Below, one piece after another: positions 46,274-54,890 of a stretch of DNA of 64,000 nucleotides. Below the pieces are notes generated by a model. It worked only from the letters and a program-made list of their open reading frames with translations. It was not told the origin of the DNA and searched no databases. How positions within the stretch are numbered: position 1 is the first letter of the stretch; every line of letters begins with the position of its first letter. The translations under genes and the position numbers were made by a program. This DNA comes from an uncultured Dehalococcoidia bacterium (GTDB taxonomy: Bacteria > Chloroflexota > Dehalococcoidia > Lucifugimonadales > UBA3495). The DNA is taken from the NCBI GenBank assembly GCA_964587795.1, contig CAZPMU010000006.1, positions 15,263 to 79,262 of the forward strand. The letters run 5' to 3'.

Positions 46274-47368
46274 CTACATTCCAAAGGCCTTCTTGTAACT
46301 AAGGCTGATGCGCCGCTTGACGGGGTCGATGTCCATGATCAAGACACGGACCTGCTGATTGACGTACACGCACTCGCTGGGGTTCTTGACCTGCCGGGGC
46401 GAAAGCTCGGAGATATGTACCAGTCCCTCGACCCAGTCCTCCAGCCGCACGAAGGCGCCGAAGTCGGCCAGCCGGGTAACCGTGCCATCAACAATATCGC
46501 CTACGTTGTAGCGTTCCGGCACCGTTTCCCATGGCTCCGGCAAGGTGCGCTTCAGGCTTAGGCTGATGCGCTTGGTTTCGGGGTCCACTTTCAATATCTG
46601 GACTTCCAGTTCCTGCCCGACGCTGACCACCTCTTCCGGCCCCTTGATTCGGGTCCAGGCAAGTTCGGAAATGTGAACCAGGCCCTCGGCCTTGCCCAGG
46701 TTGACAAAGGCGCCAAAGCCTCGGAGGGACGTTACCCTGCCGCTGACCCTGCTTCCCTCTTCCAGGGAAGCCAGGAACTGGTCCCGTTCCTCTTCCTGCT
46801 GCTTCTGATAAATGGCGCGTTCCGACAGCACCAGGCGCTCCCTGGCCTGGTCCACTTCCAGAATGTGGAAGGGATATTCCTGGCCCATACGCTCGGCTAT
46901 AGCCTGCTCGCGGGCGTCGCTGGCCATCGGCGCCAATTGGGAAAAGGGAACAAATCCGCGGATGCCCTGGTAGTTGACCACCACACCGCCCCGGTTTTGT
47001 TCCACCACCCGGGCGGTGATAGTATCGCCTGCCTTCGAGTGCTGGAGCAGGTCCAGCCAGCCCTGCTCTTCCTTAGCCGCGTCGAGGGACAAAAGGGCCA
47101 TATCTCCTGGGCCGCGTCCACCTTTTACAGTAACCATTACGTTATCCCCGGTTCGCATGCCTTCCCGCTCGACCTGGGAGAGGGTCCGCATCTCCTGTGG
47201 AGGAACGATGCCTTCCGTTTTTAGCCCGATGCTGACGACAATGCCATCGTCGTCTATCCGCACAACCTCACCTTCTACAATTTCGCCCCGTTGATAACGA
47301 CGGGGCGACAAGTCCTGCTCGGACAGTTCTGCCATTGTTGAAACTTCTTCGTAATCGCTGCTTACCAT
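46274..47368 (-). CDS. S1 RNA-binding domain protein with four S1 repeats (ribosomal protein S1-like)
   Basis: Four repeats of G.IV.G.V..I...G..V.IG...EG..../H.SE type. The ATG at 47368 has AGGAG upstream. Confidence 0.85.
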   Translation of the reverse strand: MVSSDYEEVSTMAELSEQDLSPRRYQRGEIVEGEVVRIDDDGIVVSIGLKTEGIVPPQEMRTLSQVEREGMRTGDNVMVTVKGGRGPGDMALLSLDAAKEEQGWLDLLQHSKAGDTITARVVEQNRGGVVVNYQGIRGFVPFSQLAPMASDAREQAIAERMGQEYPFHILEVDQARERLVLSERAIYQKQQEEERDQFLASLEEGSRVSGRVTSLRGFGAFVNLGKAEGLVHISELAWTRIKGPEEVVSVGQELEVQILKVDPETKRISLSLKRTLPEPWETVPERYNVGDIVDGTVTRLADFGAFVRLEDWVEGLVHISELSPRQVKNPSECVYVNQQVRVLIMDIDPVKRRISLSYKKAFGM

Positions 47369-47712
47369 GCCCGGGTATTCTCCTGCCGCAGATGGAAGGG
47401 GACACTGGGTCGCCCTGCACAAAATTTTGCCGACCTTAATCCAACTGGGCCCAGCAGATTTTAGACGGGAAGGGCTGGGTTTTCAATATGTCGATGGTAA
47501 GAGAAATGTGAATAACAGTTCATTAAGCTAATACTGAATAGAACCAATGCTAGAGAATCCGGTGACGAATTCGACAGATCTTCGCCGGTCAGAAGGAAAT
47601 ATTAATAAGGGAAGGATACCGCTAAGGTACAGGGCGCAGCCGCCAGCAATGGAGAAATATGGAGCGGGTAAATGCCTTTCTTCGGCAGGCAATCGGCCCC
47701 GAACCGGTTGGG

Positions 47713-48489
47713 CTATTCTTCCGTTTCCGCCGCCGCCAGCGGACCGGGGATGTGCTCCAGCCGGTTGAGGTAACGAATGCCTTTGCGGGTATCGCTAGCG
47801 ACCCGGGCCGGGTCCCAGAGATTGAAGCGCAGCTTGGACAGCCAGTAGGTAAACTCCTTGCAATCGGCCAGGGAAAGGGGACCGTACTCGGGAATGCCGG
47901 CCTCATCGCGAAAGCCCTTCAATAATTCGCCGCGGGTTTTGCCGTACAGGTGAACGAAGGCTTCTTCCACCATTTCCTCGTGGTCGGGGTAGCAGCGGGC
48001 CTTCTCCCGCTTGCGCACGTCGTCTTCCGCCGCCTGCTGCAGGGCCTCTTCCACCACCACGCCATACCAGTAGTTGAGGTAGGCCCGGTGCTTGTTGCCC
48101 CCCATCCACTCCTTGAATTCTTCCGGGGTAACATCCTCGGGCAGCAGTCCATCAAATAGCAGGCGTTCCAGGTATGAGGGAGGAATAAACTCCTCGATTT
48201 CCGGGCAAAGTCGCTCGGCCAGGGTAAGCCAGTCCAGAGCCTCGCCGGCAATCAGGTAACGGTAGGTGCGGCCCTGCCAGGTCTCCTCGGGGCTGGTCCA
48301 CAGGGCCATGGCCTCCAGGAGGGCGCGGGGCCAGGCGGAACCGGAACGCACGGCGGCGCGCAGGTGAATAACCGCATCGGGAGCCGTGGCTGCCAGGACG
48401 CCAGCGTCGGTTTCTGCAGCGTAGACTGGAGCCCCACCGTCGGTTGCAGCAGTGCCGGAAGCATCGCTATGCCAGGACTGCTGGGTCAC
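47713..48489 (-). CDS. Hypothetical protein (258 aa) overlapping the polX stop
   Basis: The GTG start overlaps the polX TGA (GTGA). No motif recognised. Confidence 0.6.
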   Translation of the reverse strand: MTQQSWHSDASGTAATDGGAPVYAAETDAGVLAATAPDAVIHLRAAVRSGSAWPRALLEAMALWTSPEETWQGRTYRYLIAGEALDWLTLAERLCPEIEEFIPPSYLERLLFDGLLPEDVTPEEFKEWMGGNKHRAYLNYWYGVVVEEALQQAAEDDVRKREKARCYPDHEEMVEEAFVHLYGKTRGELLKGFRDEAGIPEYGPLSLADCKEFTYWLSKLRFNLWDPARVASDTRKGIRYLNRLEHIPGPLAAAETEE

Positions 48490-50303
48490 GGCGAGACCAA
48501 CGGACTGGGTGGAAATGAGGTGGCAACCGGCACGTCGTCGCGGGAGTCGAATATCTCCAGCCGCTGCGGCTTGGGGGCGTGAATGTAAGCTAGGAACCGG
48601 TCCAGGGGCAGGGTGTTCAGGATGTGCCGCGATTCACACCAGGCGCGGCGGGCGATGCCTACTCCGAAGCGCCGCTGGCCCAGGCTGGTGTAATGGTGAG
48701 AGTCGGTGTTGATGGCAAGGGGAACTCCCAGCTCTCGGGCTCGGTAGGCGTGGGTGTCCTTCAGGTCCATACGCTCCGGCGCCGAGTTGATCTCCATGGC
48801 TGTGCCCGTTTCCCTGGCCGCCCGCAGCAGCGCCTCGATGTCGAACTCCACGGGCTGTCGGCGGCTCAGCAGGCGGGTGGAGGCATGGCCAATGATGGTG
48901 ACGGAGGGATGCTCCATCGCCCGGATGATGCGCCGGGTCATAGTGTCGCTGTCCTGCCCCATGGCTGAATGAACCGACGCCACCACCACGTCCAGTTCGG
49001 CCAGCAGGTCGTCAGGATAGTCCAGTGTGCCGTCGGCCCGAATATCCACCTCGGAGCCGCACAGGACGGTTATGGGGTACCGGGACTGCAGGTCCCGCAG
49101 AATGCCAATCTGCTCCACCAGTCGTTCGTTGGAAAGGCCGTTGGCGATGCCCCTGCCGGATGAATGGTCGGTCAGGGCCATGTACTGGTAGCCTTGCTCC
49201 ACCGCCGCTTCCACCATTCGCTCAATGGGGTCCCGGCCGTCGCTCCATACGCTGTGCAGGTGCAGGTCGCCCTTCAGGTCGGCCACCGCCACCAGGTTGG
49301 GCAGGGCGTTGGCCTGGGCCGCTTCCAGTTCGTTGAAGCCAATACGCAGCTCCGGCGCAATCCAGGGAAGGCCCAGGAACCCGTAGAAAGACTCCTCGTC
49401 GGGCAAATGGCTCACGTCGCCGGTGGCCAGGTTGGTAATACCGTACTCGTTCAGGGAGTAACCCTTGCGATTGGCGAAATCGCGCAGGCGAATGTTGTGC
49501 TGCTGGCTTCCGGAAAAGTATTGGAGCATGGCGCCAAAGGAAGCCGCATCGCCCAGCCGCAGGTCTACCTGAATACCCTCTTCCAGCACGACGCTGGTCT
49601 TCCTGGGCCCGTGAACCAGCACTTCCTGGATGGTAGGCAATTCCGCAAGGACATCGCCGGCTTTTGCCTGCTGGTCCTCTGGCGCCACGCCCACCAGGTC
49701 AATGTCGCCAATGGTCTCCTCCCAGCGGCGCAGGCTGCCGGCGGGGTAAAGCTGCTCTATAAAGGAACATTCGGCGCGGAGAAGGGCTACCGTCTCTTCC
49801 GCCACGGCCAGCGCCGGCCCGATGGGAGTGCGCCCGTTCTTGGAGCCCACTGCCTGGATGTGGCGAAGGATATTCTGGGCGGTGCGCCTTCCCATGCGGG
49901 GCAGGGCAGCCAGGCTACCGTCGTGAATGGCCTTTTCAATTCCCTCGATGGTGCTGATGCCCAGTTCCTGGGAAATGGTCATGGCCGACCTGGGGCCAAT
50001 GCCGGGAATGGTCATAAGGGTCAGGACACCGTCGGGCAGTTCGCCCACCAGCTCGTCATAGGCACGGATGCGGCCCGTTTCCAGATATTCCTGGGTCTTT
50101 TCGCTGATGGCCTTGCCGATGCCTGGAATTTTCTTCAAGTCGACGCCTTCTCCCACCGCCTGCTCCAGGGAAAAGGACAGGTGGCCGATGGTGCGGGCGG
50201 CGCGCTGGTAGGCGCGAATTTTGAACACGGTATCGCCCTTCATCTCCAGGAGGGTGGCCATGTTCTCGAACATTTCCGCTATGTCTTCGTTGCTGACGGG
50301 CAT
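48486..50303 (-). CDS. polX: DNA polymerase X family protein with C-terminal PHP domain
   Basis: N-terminal HhH/8-kDa region (IAEMFENMATLLEMKGDTVFKIRAYQRAARTI), the GDIDL nucleotidyltransferase motif, and PHP motifs (DLHLHSVWSDG...). Confidence 0.9.
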   Translation of the reverse strand: MPVSNEDIAEMFENMATLLEMKGDTVFKIRAYQRAARTIGHLSFSLEQAVGEGVDLKKIPGIGKAISEKTQEYLETGRIRAYDELVGELPDGVLTLMTIPGIGPRSAMTISQELGISTIEGIEKAIHDGSLAALPRMGRRTAQNILRHIQAVGSKNGRTPIGPALAVAEETVALLRAECSFIEQLYPAGSLRRWEETIGDIDLVGVAPEDQQAKAGDVLAELPTIQEVLVHGPRKTSVVLEEGIQVDLRLGDAASFGAMLQYFSGSQQHNIRLRDFANRKGYSLNEYGITNLATGDVSHLPDEESFYGFLGLPWIAPELRIGFNELEAAQANALPNLVAVADLKGDLHLHSVWSDGRDPIERMVEAAVEQGYQYMALTDHSSGRGIANGLSNERLVEQIGILRDLQSRYPITVLCGSEVDIRADGTLDYPDDLLAELDVVVASVHSAMGQDSDTMTRRIIRAMEHPSVTIIGHASTRLLSRRQPVEFDIEALLRAARETGTAMEINSAPERMDLKDTHAYRARELGVPLAINTDSHHYTSLGQRRFGVGIARRAWCESRHILNTLPLDRFLAYIHAPKPQRLEIFDSRDDVPVATSFPPSPLVSP

Positions 50304-50361
50304 AGCCAGGGCGCTTTCCTTACCAGATTGAAGAGACTGAGGCGCTTTCAGCCCACCGGCC

Positions 50362-51015
50362 TCAGACCTTCCCCTCTCCCCCGTTACCCAGGCGTTCTTC
50401 CACCTGGTAGGCGGCTTGAAGCATTCGATTGCACTTCCGCATTATTTGCCAGTTGCCGAACAAGGGTTCGCCAAAGGCAACAAGCATAGTCAGCGCGGTA
50501 AAGGCCGCGCCAATGGCGAACACAATGAGGGGGTAACCTATGCCGACGAACTCGAAAACCGCGGCGGTGCTGCCGGTAATGAGGGTAAATACCAGCCCCA
50601 TGGGATAGAGGAACCAGCAAACCTTCCAAGCTTTCCTGCGAGCAGACTGAAGGAAGGGATTACGACGCCCAACCCTGGGGAAAGTCTGGATATCCGAATA
50701 TCCGAACCTGGGGTTCCTTTCCGATAACCGAATTACGTCGTCGACCTTTCTTTCGGTGAGGGAGATGGTGTTCTCCACTGTGTTCTGCTGTATCTCGTAA
50801 ACGGCTACGTATACCCGCGTAAGGCCCAGCACGATCTCGATGGCCAGGCGCCCGCCCAGGGTGGAAATGATGAATAAGGCCAGGCCCACGGCGGTGGCCA
50901 ACTCGGGAGACTCTTCCCAGAGCAGGAAACCCCCAAAGACGCCTACGACAATGCCCAGCAGAAGCAGCGGCAGGGTTGTGAGGGCCATCATTCCCTTGTG
51001 GCTATCGGACATCAC
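50362..51015 (-). CDS. Hypothetical integral membrane protein
   Basis: Four or more hydrophobic helices. No family recognised. Confidence 0.6.
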   Translation of the reverse strand: MMSDSHKGMMALTTLPLLLLGIVVGVFGGFLLWEESPELATAVGLALFIISTLGGRLAIEIVLGLTRVYVAVYEIQQNTVENTISLTERKVDDVIRLSERNPRFGYSDIQTFPRVGRRNPFLQSARRKAWKVCWFLYPMGLVFTLITGSTAAVFEFVGIGYPLIVFAIGAAFTALTMLVAFGEPLFGNWQIMRKCNRMLQAAYQVEERLGNGGEGKV

Positions 51016-51159
51016 CTTCCCTTTGTACGTTAATCAAACTCTACGGTAACCAAACGGGTTACGAGTTAAGCACAGTTTACCACATTAACCCCGGCGCCCC
51101 GCCGGCGGAATCTCCACTTTTCGACCTTGGTCTGGAGCCGACGGGCTTCCCGTAAACTC

Positions 51160-51185
51160 AAAAGGGCGGGTCGCCAACCCGCCCC
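51160..51185 (-). terminator. Intrinsic terminator candidate downstream of hrcA
   Basis: Minus strand: GGGCGGGttggcgaCCCGCCC followed by TTTT, about 35 nt after the hrcA stop. Confidence 0.6.
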
Positions 51186-51220
51186 GCACCAGGCTGTTTA
51201 CGTGCATCACATTCGCGCCC

Positions 51221-52261
51221 CTACTGCCCGCCGCTCGTGCTTCTGCCGCCGTACAATTCCATCACCAGGCTGCTCATGAGGGAAGACAGGTAGCCAACAC
51301 CGCTTATAGCCCCAGCGTAGCTCATACGGGTAGGGCCGATTACGCAGATGGTGCCGCTGGCCTGGTAAGGGATACCGTACTGGCACAGGATAACCCCAAA
51401 GGGCCGCAGGGGTTCTTCCATGTTCTCGCCGCCGATGAAGACGGCGATATCCCCGCTGTCGGGCTGTTCCGAAAGGACGCTGCCCAGCAGGACCTGTTCC
51501 TCCAGCAACTCCACCAGTTCCCTGGCCAGGCTGCCCTGGGCCATCTCCGGCTGGTTCAGCAGCCACCGCAGCCCATCCACGTAGTGCTCTGGTATGGAGT
51601 AGGTGTCGGCCTCCCGCAGGAGCGACAGGGTGCTCTGCCGGACCCGCTCCTCCAGTGGACCATAGTCTCCTGAGACCTTCACAATCTCCGACAAGGTGAG
51701 GCCGCTGAAGCGGTCGTTCAGGTAGTTGGCCACCTGGCTCAGAGAGTCCTGGTCGGTGGGTTCTTCCACGGTCAGCAGGCGCCTGAGCAGCCTTGCATCC
51801 TGCAGGACCAGAATCACCAGGACAGAGAGTTCGTCCAGATAGACCAGCTGAATGTGCCTTACTCGAGGGGAACGGGCCTGGGGCACGGTGACAATGGCCA
51901 TGTTGGTAGTAATGCGGGACAGTACCAAGGCGCACCGCCGGCTCAACTCAGCCAGATCGGCATCGGCCCGGTCGAAGTGGCGATTAATCTGCTGCTGCAG
52001 GTTGTCCGGCAGCGGCGGAACCTCCTCCAGGGTCTCCACATGGTACCGGTATCCCCTGTCTAGGGGAACGGCGCCGGCGGAAACGTGGGGCCTGGATATG
52101 TAGCCCTCTTCCGTAAGGAGGGACATGGCGTTGCGCACGGTGGCAGGACTGACCTTCGTGGGAGACAGCCGGGCAATCTCCTCTGACGCCACCGGGCTGG
52201 CGGTGTTGATATATTCAGTGACCAGAATATTTAATACGTTGCCAGCGCGTTGGGTAAGCAT
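51221..52261 (-). CDS. hrcA: Heat-inducible transcription repressor HrcA
   Basis: MLTQRAGNVLNILVTEYINTASPVASEEIAR is the winged-helix N-terminus typical of HrcA, and the length is consistent. No grpE/dnaK lies downstream. Confidence 0.9.
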   Translation of the reverse strand: MLTQRAGNVLNILVTEYINTASPVASEEIARLSPTKVSPATVRNAMSLLTEEGYISRPHVSAGAVPLDRGYRYHVETLEEVPPLPDNLQQQINRHFDRADADLAELSRRCALVLSRITTNMAIVTVPQARSPRVRHIQLVYLDELSVLVILVLQDARLLRRLLTVEEPTDQDSLSQVANYLNDRFSGLTLSEIVKVSGDYGPLEERVRQSTLSLLREADTYSIPEHYVDGLRWLLNQPEMAQGSLARELVELLEEQVLLGSVLSEQPDSGDIAVFIGGENMEEPLRPFGVILCQYGIPYQASGTICVIGPTRMSYAGAISGVGYLSSLMSSLVMELYGGRSTSGGQ

Positions 52262-52843
52262 CGCATTTCCCAAAAAGCCAACCGGGTCTTGCTGTAATTA
52301 TATACGATTCTTCCCGAGCAGGGGATTTTGTAGTCAAATCAAATCTGGCCGCGCTACCAGCGGCCTCTGGAGGGAAAGTAGCACGGGCCCAAAATGACTG
52401 TCAAGCGTTGGGTAACTGTTCGAAAATGCAGGCAGGGCCGTCTCCACTTGATCCCGGAACCTATCACCCGCCCCCAACCCGCTTCCGACAATCTTCCTCT
52501 TGCCATCCCGAATAACCCACAGCCACTATAAAACCATAATCCCATTTTCGTGCCCATCGTGGAAAATCGTCCAAAATGGAACCAAAGTCACGAACCAGGC
52601 ACTATCAATCATGATAACGGTAAAGGTTGGCAGATGTGAACAGCTACACGTTGACCCCCTTGCCACAACCTACTTATACTCCCCTTTATCATCCGGCCCA
52701 TTATTATTGGGGGTTGGACGGTTTACTATTCTGGTCAGACACCTCGGCTCTTGGCTCTACAACGCCTCCCCGCGCCCTTTCGCAAAGGAGGCAACCCAGG
52801 GAATCGGTGACATGGCAGGCGGCACGGTGGAAGGTGAGCGGAA

Positions 52844-53452
52844 ATGTCGTTGAGCGGGAGCAGCATTGTCTTCTTGGTTATCGGAGCTGTATTGCTGGTG
52901 CTGGGTTCCGGACGCGTTGCGTTTTATCTTGCCGAACCCATCCCTGAGGGTCAGCCTTCGGGCCGGGCCGGTCTTTCTGCACTACCATTGACCGCGTTGC
53001 AGCAGGGCGAGGCCACGGGAGCGCCGGCCTTGGCGCCGGTCCAAACCATTGTGTCTGCTCCCACCCCCGCCCTCCCGACGGTTGCTCCCGCCGCAACTCC
53101 GGTCCCTGCCGCCCCGAACCAGCCCGGCCTGACATCCAGTTTGACTCCCCCGCAGTCAGTGACGCCCTTCCTGCAAATGGGGGCTGCCAGCCAGGCCAAC
53201 CCCGTTCCGGTAACCGACGCAATGGCCCCCCTGGGGGACAAGTTCCTGAGAGTATGGCATTGGGGGGACAAAACGGGCGAGTTCATCTATTACGATCCGC
53301 TGGCGCCTGAAGAAAGTACGTTGCAGGCCGTAGTTTCGGGCCAGACCTATTTGATTCTGGTAACGGAATCCGTTACCTTTATAGTGAATGGGCAAGAACT
53401 GGAACTGGTTTGCGACGAGGGCGACTGCTGGAACAAGGTGGTATGGCCCTGA
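52844..53452 (+). CDS. Anchored/secreted protein: N-terminal TM, Pro/Ala linker, C-terminal Cys-containing module shared with 54891-57389
   Basis: TM IVFLVIGAVLLVLG. The C-terminal ~80 aa align with the C-terminus of the 832-aa protein (...LGD..LRV.H...STL..V.G.TYL.LV...C..G.CWN..VW). Confidence 0.6.
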   Translation: MSLSGSSIVFLVIGAVLLVLGSGRVAFYLAEPIPEGQPSGRAGLSALPLTALQQGEATGAPALAPVQTIVSAPTPALPTVAPAATPVPAAPNQPGLTSSLTPPQSVTPFLQMGAASQANPVPVTDAMAPLGDKFLRVWHWGDKTGEFIYYDPLAPEESTLQAVVSGQTYLILVTESVTFIVNGQELELVCDEGDCWNKVVWP

Positions 53453-53509
53453 CGGGTTACCGGCGGCATACCAGGGCAATGCCACTACTCTGGAATCAGG
53501 AAGTAGTCT

Positions 53510-54124
53510 TTGAACGCTAGAGCACATCATGCCTGGCCGGTACTGGCCGATGCAGTTATTCCTGCCGGCGACGGCGCCCGCCGCCTTACCCGCGACGCGG
53601 CCCTCGTGTTCGGAGGGTGCCTGTTGGTGGCCCTGCTGGCCCAGGTGAAGATACCCTTGGGTTTCACGCCGGTGCCAATAACGGGACAGACCTTGGCGGT
53701 GCTGCTGGTCGGGGCCAGCCTGGGCAGCTGGCGGGGCGGCGCAGCCCTGCTGCTGTACCTGGTGGCCGGCACATGGCTGCCCATCTACGCCGGCGGGGTC
53801 TCGGGCTTCGTGGGGGGCATTGCATCCGGGGGCTACATTGCAGGGTTTGTTGCGGCGGCCTTTGCCGTGGGATGGCTGGCGGAAAGAGGCTGGGACCGCA
53901 AGCCAAGGATTCTGCTGGCAATGGTGGCCGGTAACGTCATCATCTACGTGCCGGGACTGTTGTGGCTGGCCACCTTTGCGCCGGCCGAGACTCGCTGGGC
54001 CACCACCATGGAATGGGGATTGTATCCCTTTTTGCTGGGAGACGCCGTCAAACTGGTGGCGGCTTCCCTGCTGCTGCCGGTGGCCTGGAAACTAGTGAAA
54101 TTGGTGAAGGGAAGGGACTCATAG
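53510..54124 (+). CDS. bioY: Biotin transporter BioY
   Basis: LLVALLAQVKIPLGFTPVPITGQTLAVLLVGASLG..GG is the BioY signature. TTG start; the exact start is uncertain. Confidence 0.88.
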   Translation: MNARAHHAWPVLADAVIPAGDGARRLTRDAALVFGGCLLVALLAQVKIPLGFTPVPITGQTLAVLLVGASLGSWRGGAALLLYLVAGTWLPIYAGGVSGFVGGIASGGYIAGFVAAAFAVGWLAERGWDRKPRILLAMVAGNVIIYVPGLLWLATFAPAETRWATTMEWGLYPFLLGDAVKLVAASLLLPVAWKLVKLVKGRDS

Positions 54125-54127
54125 ACT

Positions 54128-54772
54128 ATGGAGATTACCTGGCTGGGCCACGCCTGCTTCCGACTGCGTTCCGACGACCTGGTGGTTGTTACCGACCCCT
54201 TCCCCTCCTCCCTGGGTCTCCGGCCAGAAAACCGGCAGGCCACCGTCGTAACCATCAGCAACGGCCACCCCAACCACAACAACCGGCTGGAAGTGGGTGG
54301 GGCGCCCAAGGTGTTCGACGCCCCCGGGGAGTATGAATATTCGGGCGTTGCGGCCCGGGGTGTTATGACCACACTCAAGGAGGGGCAGCCCCAGAAGGAG
54401 CGCAATGTTGCCTACTCCATAGTGATGGACAACGTCAACGTGTGCCACCTGGGGGATATCGCCACGCCATTAACCACCCGACAGGTGGAGGAACTGCAGC
54501 CGGTGGACGTGCTGCTGGCGCCGGCCGGCGGCGGCTGCACCCTGGACCTGGAGCGGATTCTGCAGTTGATGCAGGACCTGGACCCGAAGATTGTCATTCC
54601 CATGCATTACCAGATACCGGGTGCCACCGAACCCCTGGGCAACCTGGACGCCTTCCTCCAACTAATGGGTGTGAGTGAAGTACAGCCCCGGCGCAGCCTG
54701 ACGGTCACCACCGGCAACCTGCCGCCCAACATGCAGGTTACGGTGCTGGAACCCAGGGCGCGAGCGGTTTAA
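54128..54772 (+). CDS. MBL-fold metal-dependent hydrolase (UPF0173-like)
   Basis: MEITWLGHACFRL..., ISNGHPNH, about 214 aa. Confidence 0.8.
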   Translation: MEITWLGHACFRLRSDDLVVVTDPFPSSLGLRPENRQATVVTISNGHPNHNNRLEVGGAPKVFDAPGEYEYSGVAARGVMTTLKEGQPQKERNVAYSIVMDNVNVCHLGDIATPLTTRQVEELQPVDVLLAPAGGGCTLDLERILQLMQDLDPKIVIPMHYQIPGATEPLGNLDAFLQLMGVSEVQPRRSLTVTTGNLPPNMQVTVLEPRARAV

Positions 54773-54890
54773 CCTGCCCAAGCAGGGCGCCCTGAAAGGG
54801 ACGAAGCAATTCCTGCTGAACAGAAACGGTGGCATCCACCCTTTGGACAGGCGATTCGGGCCGTCCTTCCTGGTTTGGCAGCCAGAAAAA

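Noticed and set aside
52262-52843. Searched for a CIRCE operator (TTAGCACTC-N9-GAGTGCTAA) upstream of hrcA and in the divergent spacer
   Set aside because: I found no match or near match by eye. There is only a weak TTGACC-N18-TATACT promoter-like pair at 52651-52680 on the + strand.
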